A stretch of DNA of 64,000 nucleotides. Source: Steroidobacteraceae bacterium (GTDB lineage Bacteria > Pseudomonadota > Gammaproteobacteria > Steroidobacterales > Steroidobacteraceae). The position numbers were made by a program, and so were the translations under genes. Shown here piece after piece: positions 59,004 to 64,000 of this stretch. The stretch is from NCBI GenBank assembly GCA_050012315.1, contig JBEKHK010000008.1, forward strand, positions 18,968 to 82,967, read 5' to 3'. How positions within the stretch are numbered: position 1 is the first letter of the stretch; each line of letters opens with the position of its first letter. The notes beneath the pieces are model-generated. The model was not told the DNA's origin and searched no databases. It saw only the letters and a program-made list of their open reading frames with translations.

Positions 59004-59873
59004 ATGCCGCTGCCCGTCTGCTATTTGAACGGCGATTACTTGGCCCTCGCGGATGCCCGGGTGTCGCCGCTGGATCGCGCCTTCCTGTTCGGCGATGCGG
59101 TCTATGAGGTGATTCCCGTCTATGGCGCCCGGCCCTTTCGGCTGCGCGAGCATCTGGACCGGCTCAACCGGAGCCTGTCGGCAATCCGCTTGGCGCCGCC
59201 GAAGACCCACGCCGACTGGAGCGAGGTGTGCCGGGAGCTCGTGACACGCAACGGCGGCGGCGATCAGTACCTGTATTTACAGGTCACCCGCGGCGCCGAG
59301 TTCGGCCGCAACCACGCGTGGCCGGAGGGGCTCGTGCCCACCATCTTCGGCTATTCGAACCGGTTGGAGGCCCCCACCCCCGCGTTGCTGGAGGACGGCG
59401 TCGCCGCCGTCACCGCCGCCGACACCCGATGGGCGCGCCGGGACATCAAGTCCACGGCGCTCCTGGCGAATGTGCTGCTCAAGAAACTGGCGAACGATGC
59501 GGGTGCCTTCGAGACCATCCTCTTGGAGCGCGGCGAGCTCACGGAAGGCTCCTCGACCACGGTGCACGTGATCTCGCGGGGCGAGATCCATACGCCGCCC
59601 AATGGGCATCAGATCCTCCCGGGCACGACCCGCGATGTGGTTGGCGAGCTCGCCGCCCGGATCGGCATCGTCAACCGCAGCGCCCGAGTCACGGAGATCG
59701 AGCTGCGCGCCGCGAGCGAGATCTGGCTGGCATTTTCCACGCGCGGCGTGCTTCCCGTCACCCGTCTCGATGGCAGTCCGGTCGGCAGCGGCAAACCGGG
59801 GCCGCTGTTCGCGCGCATGCACAAGGCATTCCTGGATTACATCCGCGAGCTCGCGGGGGCGCCCGTGCTGTGA
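59004..59873 (+). CDS. dat: Class IV aminotransferase, D-amino-acid aminotransferase-like
   Basis: 289 aa. DRAFLFGDAVYEVIPVY, catalytic-Lys region RRDIKSTALL, TEGSSTTV. Its position between the carboxypeptidase and ybeD matches other Gammaproteobacteria. D-amino-acid versus branched-chain specificity cannot be decided by eye. Confidence 0.75.
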   Translation: MPLPVCYLNGDYLALADARVSPLDRAFLFGDAVYEVIPVYGARPFRLREHLDRLNRSLSAIRLAPPKTHADWSEVCRELVTRNGGGDQYLYLQVTRGAEFGRNHAWPEGLVPTIFGYSNRLEAPTPALLEDGVAAVTAADTRWARRDIKSTALLANVLLKKLANDAGAFETILLERGELTEGSSTTVHVISRGEIHTPPNGHQILPGTTRDVVGELAARIGIVNRSARVTEIELRAASEIWLAFSTRGVLPVTRLDGSPVGSGKPGPLFARMHKAFLDYIRELAGAPVL

Positions 59874-60133
59874 GCACGGCTAAGCCGCCGGATTTTCCCG
59901 CGGAATTCCCCATCAAGGTCATGGGCAGGCAGGATAGCGATCTGCGTGCCGCGACCCGCGAAATCATCGAGCGTCATGCGGGCCCCCTCCCGGACGACAA
60001 AATCCGGGTGCGCACCAGCGGCGACGGCAATTTCCTCGCCGTCACCTACACCATCGTTGCCACCGGCCGGGATCAGCTCGACGCGATCTATCGGGAACTG
60101 ACCGCCTGCAAGCTCGTACTGATGGCGCTCTGA
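59870..60133 (+). CDS. ybeD: YbeD/DUF493-family small protein
   Basis: 87 aa from GTG 59870 (GTGA overlap with the dat stop). [17 protein letters not shown] and the length are typical. It sits next to lipB as usual. Confidence 0.8.
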   Translation: MSTAKPPDFPAEFPIKVMGRQDSDLRAATREIIERHAGPLPDDKIRVRTSGDGNFLAVTYTIVATGRDQLDAIYRELTACKLVLMAL

Positions 60134-60822
60134 GACGGCGGCTCGGCGGCGCACGGTGCCTCCGCATCAAGGCCCAAGCGCCGCATCAAATGCGGCATGA
60201 GTCCCGCGGCGGCGGTACTCACCTCGCGAACCTCGCAAAGATCGGCGAGCCGCGTCACCGCGAGTCCCGGGTAACCGCAGACGTTGATGCGCTGGAACGG
60301 CTCCGTATCCAACGAGACGTTGAGCGCCATTCCGTGATAACTCGCCCCGCGCCGGATGCGCAAGCCGACGCTCGCGAGCTTCGCCTCGCCGACATAGACG
60401 CCGGGCGCGGCGCGCGAGCCGCGAGCCGCGATGCCGAGCTCGGCCGCGTAGTCGATCACCGAGTTCTCGAGCGCGACCACGAGATCGCGCACGCCGAGCG
60501 CGCCGCGCCGCAGATCGAGCAGCGGATAGATCACGAGCTGGCCCGGCCCGTGATAGGTCACCTGGCCGCCGCGGTCGATTTGCACGACGGGAATGTCGCC
60601 CGTGTGCTTGAGATGCTCGAGGCTCGCGTTGAGCCCCAGCGTGAATACCGGCGGATGCTCCAGGAGCCAGATCTCGTCGCGCGTCGACGCGTCGCGCTCG
60701 TCGGTGAAGCGCTGCATGGCGCGCCACGTGGGCTCGTACTGGACGAGCCCGAGATGGCGAACGAGGGGCGCGCGCGCGGCACCGCTCGAAGGCGGCGCAT
60801 CGCCCGGCGCCGCACCGCTCAT
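60088..60822 (-). CDS. lipB: Octanoyltransferase (lipoyl(octanoyl) transferase)
   Basis: Start moved to ATG 60822. [79 protein letters not shown] and PCGY align with E. coli LipB. Confidence 0.9.
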   Translation of the reverse strand: MSGAAPGDAPPSSGAARAPLVRHLGLVQYEPTWRAMQRFTDERDASTRDEIWLLEHPPVFTLGLNASLEHLKHTGDIPVVQIDRGGQVTYHGPGQLVIYPLLDLRRGALGVRDLVVALENSVIDYAAELGIAARGSRAAPGVYVGEAKLASVGLRIRRGASYHGMALNVSLDTEPFQRINVCGYPGLAVTRLADLCEVREVSTAAAGLMPHLMRRLGLDAEAPCAAEPPSQSAISTSLQAVSSR

Positions 60823-61862
60823 CGGCCGTGCTCTGCCGCGCCGCGCGCCTGCCCGTTCTGAAGGCCCGCGTTGTTGCGCGCGAGGGCCTGCTCCGCGCGG
60901 TAGCTGGAACGGACCAGGGGACCCGAAACGCATTCGAGGAATCCGCTCTCGAGCGCCCACCCGCGGTACTGCGCGAACTCATCGGGCGTCACGAATCGCT
61001 CCACCTCCAGATGATTGGGCGTCGGGCGCAGATATTGTCCGAGCGTGAGGATATCCACGGCCGCGGCGCGCAAATCGCTCATGGTCCGGCGGATCTCCGC
61101 GTCGGTCTCTCCGAGCCCGAGCATCAGGCTGGTCTTGGTGAGCACCGCCGGCCGATGCGTTTTGGCCGCGGCCAGGACCTCGATGCTTTGCCGATAGCCG
61201 GCGCGCGGATCGCGCACCGGATGCGTCAAGCGCTCCACGGTCTCGACGTTCTGGGCGAAAACCTCCAACCCCGACTCGACCACCGTGCGCACATGCTCGA
61301 AGATGCCGGCGAAATCGGGCGTGAGCGCCTCGACCGCCGTCTCGGGGTTGCGCGCCTTGATGGCGCGCACCGCGGCCGCGTAATGCGCTGCGCCGCCATC
61401 GGGCAGATCATCCCGATCGACCGAGGTGAGCACCACGTACTTGAGCCGCATGAGCTCGACCGAACGTGCAACGTTCTCGGGCTCCTCGGGATCGAGCCAC
61501 CCGCGTGGATTGCCCGTGTCCACCGCGCAGAAGCGGCAGGCCCGCGTGCACACGGCTCCCATGAGCATGATGGTGGCAGTGCCCGCGTTCCAGCATTCGC
61601 CGATGTTGGGGCACTTCGCCTCTTCGCAGACCGTGCTCAGGCGGTGGTCGCGGACGATTTGTTTGACCGCTCCGAAGGCGGCGCCGGCGGCCAAGGGCGC
61701 GCGTAACCAGGGGGGCTTGCGGGCACCGGGCGAGCCGCCCGCGGGGGCCGGCTTGATGCCGTCCTTGATGGCGGTAAACCCTTGAGGGGTAAGATATTTC
61801 TCGCCGCTTCGCGGCGGCTTATGGGATGCCTCCGTGACGGGAATGCCCTTGAAATCGGCCAT
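60819..61862 (-). CDS. lipA: Lipoyl synthase (radical SAM)
   Basis: Start taken at ATG 61862 (MADFKGIPV). It has the auxiliary cluster [12 protein letters not shown] and the radical-SAM CTRACRFC. Confidence 0.95.
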   Translation of the reverse strand: MADFKGIPVTEASHKPPRSGEKYLTPQGFTAIKDGIKPAPAGGSPGARKPPWLRAPLAAGAAFGAVKQIVRDHRLSTVCEEAKCPNIGECWNAGTATIMLMGAVCTRACRFCAVDTGNPRGWLDPEEPENVARSVELMRLKYVVLTSVDRDDLPDGGAAHYAAAVRAIKARNPETAVEALTPDFAGIFEHVRTVVESGLEVFAQNVETVERLTHPVRDPRAGYRQSIEVLAAAKTHRPAVLTKTSLMLGLGETDAEIRRTMSDLRAAAVDILTLGQYLRPTPNHLEVERFVTPDEFAQYRGWALESGFLECVSGPLVRSSYRAEQALARNNAGLQNGQARGAAEHGR

Positions 61863-61908
61863 ATCCCATTCTACCCCACGTGGGTGCGGCACGCGGCCTG
61901 TGCGGGCG

Positions 61909-63496
61909 CTACGCGCTCTGCGCCGCGGCGCGGGGCGCCAGGCTCTGCTCCACGCTGATGCGATCGCGTCCCGCGTGCTTCGCGCGGTAGAGCGCGCGGT
62001 CCGCGGCCTTCAGCAAGTCCGGTGCGGTCGAGCCGTCTCCGGGATAGACGGCGATGCCGAACGAGGCCGAGGGCGCCGCCAAGGTCTGGCCGAGGTGCGT
62101 GAGGTTCGTGCTGCGGATCGCGAGCCTCATCTCCTCGGCGCGCTGGCAGGCCATGTCGATGCTCGTCTCCGGCAGCACCACGGCGAATTCCTCTCCGCCA
62201 TACCGGCAGGCCAGATCCGCAGGACGAATATTGCGGCCGATTGCGCGAGCGAGCGCACTGAGCACGAAGTCCCCCGCGTCGTGGCCGTGCCGGTCGTTGA
62301 ACTGTGAAGTTGTCGATATCGATCATGATCACGGCCAACGGCTGGCCGCTGCGTTCCGCACGATGGATCTCCCGATTGAGCGCGTCCTCGAGGTAGCGTC
62401 GGTTGTATAGGCCGGTCAAACCGTCGCGCAGCGCCATTTCACGCATCGCGTCGCGCAGCCGCAGGTTCGACAGCGCGGGACCGACCCTGTCGGTCATCGC
62501 CTGCAGACGCTGCTCCGTCACACGCGCCGGCCGCCTGCTGCCCGGATCTACGTCCAGGGCAATGTGGAACAGGCCGAGAATCTGGCCCTGGCCGTGGAAG
62601 GGAACACAGGCGTAGCCGCGGTGCTGCTCGCGGGCATGCCCGCAGCGGAGGGATCCGTTTGAGGGCGCGAAATGAGCGCTTCCCAGACGCAGCGCCCAGC
62701 ATTCATCGGGGGCGAGCGTCTTGTCGGCCGGCGGCCCTCCACCCCATTGGGCGACGTGCTCCAGGACATCGCGCGATTCCCGATAGATGAACAGCGATCC
62801 CGAGGACTTGGGGAACAGCTGCGCGCCGGTCTCCCGCACGATTTCGTAGGCCTCGCCCCGCTGTCCGCATGACTGGAGCAGCTCCGCCATGCGCGAAAGC
62901 ACCTCGCCGTCCCGATGAAAGGCCTCCAATTGCTGGACGGTGGCGACCAGCGCCCGATTGTTGCGGCGAATGGCGACATCGCTCTTCTTGCGCGCGGAGA
63001 TCTCGCGAGCCAGGCTCCGGTTGGCCTCGCCCAGCGCCACGAGGCGCTCCTGCAACGCGGCCTGCGCCGCCCGCAACGCTTCCTTCTGATGATGCAAAGC
63101 GGTGACGTCGCGGGCCACGGTGATCTCGCCGATCAGATTCCGCTTTACGTCGAAGAGCGGCGTCGTCTTGATCTCGACCGTTACGATTTCTCCGTTCTTT
63201 TTGCGCCGCTCGCCGGTGCTGGAGGTCTGGACTCCGGCGCGGATGCGCTCCAGGAGCTTGGCGTAATCCGCATCGGGCAGCTCCGCGGCGTGCAGCTCGC
63301 GAAGCGGCTTGCCCACGGCTTCCGCGGCTGAGAATCCGTAGAGCGACGCCGCCTCGCGGTTCCAGAACATGACCACCGCGTTCAGATCCTTGACGATCAC
63401 CGCTTCCGCAATTTGTTCGAGCACCTGTTCGAGCTCGAGCGCGTACTCCTTCAATGTAGCCGCGTCCGCGCCGCCCAGCGCCCGGAACGCGATCAT
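61909..63496 (-). pseudogene. PAS - coiled coil - GAF - GGDEF diguanylate cyclase, reading frame broken by a frameshift near 62302-62305
   Basis: The upstream frame (ORF 61871..63598) reads ...RDGLTGLYNRRYLEDAL...LAVIMIDIDNF and then degenerates into Arg/Pro junk. The rest of the GGDEF domain (FNDRHGHDAGDFVLSALARAIG...RYGGEEFAVVL...FGIAVYPGDG...[15 protein letters not shown]) continues in another frame (ORF 61909..62265, open from 62322). The minus strand reads AAC TTC A CAG TTC AAC GAC. Restoring 2 nt gives the canonical N-F-K-Q-F-N-D. Confidence 0.7.
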
Positions 63497-63632
63497 GATC
63501 GACACCCAACCTGCATGAGAACTCCCGTATCCCGATTCAGGATTGCCTTGCAACAATTCTAGGGGGGAACCCTTATGCGGGCCGGTAGTAGCGCGCAATT
63601 CCGGTGGTTTTCCCCTGACGCGCGCCTACCGC

Positions 63633-64000
63633 TCATTCAACTGTGACCGACAACGCATTTTTCGCCGGACCCCCGGCCCGCCGCGGCCGGTTCGGCGACT
63701 CGGCGATCAGCACCGCGTTCGTGCCGCCGAAGGCGAAGGAGTTGGACATCACCGCCTGGAGCGGGACGCCGTTGCGCGCAGCGCCCGGGACGTAATCCAG
63801 ATCGCACGCCGGGTCCGGGCTATCGAGATGCATGGTCGGCGCCACCATGCCTTTTTCCAGGCAGATCACCGCGATGATGAATTCCAGGCCGCCGGCGGCG
63901 CCCAGCAGGTGGCCGTGGGTGGATTTGGTGGAGCTCACGGGAATCGAGTACGCGCGCTTGCCGAACGCCTGTTTAATCGCAGCAGTCTCCGTCGCATCGT
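63633..64000 (-). CDS. Beta-ketoacyl-ACP synthase (KAS I/II family), C-terminal part only (5' end beyond window)
   Basis: The C-terminal blocks STKSTHGHLLGAAGGLEFI and NSFAFGGTNAVLI are the conserved His and GFGG regions of FabB/FabF-type condensing enzymes. Confidence 0.8.
   Translation of the reverse strand, partial: DATETAAIKQAFGKRAYSIPVSSTKSTHGHLLGAAGGLEFIIAVICLEKGMVAPTMHLDSPDPACDLDYVPGAARNGVPLQAVMSNSFAFGGTNAVLIAESPNRPRRAGGPAKNALSVTVE

Overview
High-GC proteobacterial chromosomal segment (roughly two thirds G+C by eye), almost entirely coding. I support about 57 protein genes and found no rRNA, tRNA, CRISPR array, IS element or prophage. All calls come from reading the ORF-track translations for motifs I recognise and from start/stop geometry. 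No similarity search was run, so several start codons are uncertain by a few codons.

Most of the window is core housekeeping with gammaproteobacterial (Xanthomonadales/Pseudomonas-like) synteny:
- lolB-TPR, divergent from hemA-prfA-prmC-ppiB-mtgA
- hemN, folD
- metR, divergent from metF-metH
- panBC, hslO
- gatCAB, divergent from mreBCD-rodA-mltB-rlpA-PBP5/6-dat-ybeD, convergent with lipA-lipB

Less ordinary content:
1. An eight-gene, fully translationally coupled membrane cluster at 6.6-13.8 kb: RDD, RDD, SpoIIM-like, TM protein, DUF4129, DUF4350, MoxR AAA+, DUF58. It is followed on the same strand by an AcvB/VirJ-type hydrolase, a Tat-signal M24 peptidase and a TPR-sulfotransferase. This is my best candidate for an uncharacterised system, although I believe the core neighbourhood recurs in other bacteria.
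2. A lipase-maturation-factor-like membrane protein fused to a DCC/DUF393 thiol-disulfide domain.
3. A stand-alone lpxD paralog.
4. An HME-RND pump (czcBA-like) divergent from an outer-membrane factor, LuxR-type response regulator, 4HB/HAMP histidine kinase and 2-TM TAXI-type binding protein.
5. mreBCD joined directly to rodA with no mrdA (PBP2).
6. A PAS-GAF-GGDEF gene broken by a frameshift exactly inside the conserved D-x-F-K-x-F-N-D segment.

The many long antisense ORFs in the track are treated as high-GC artefacts.
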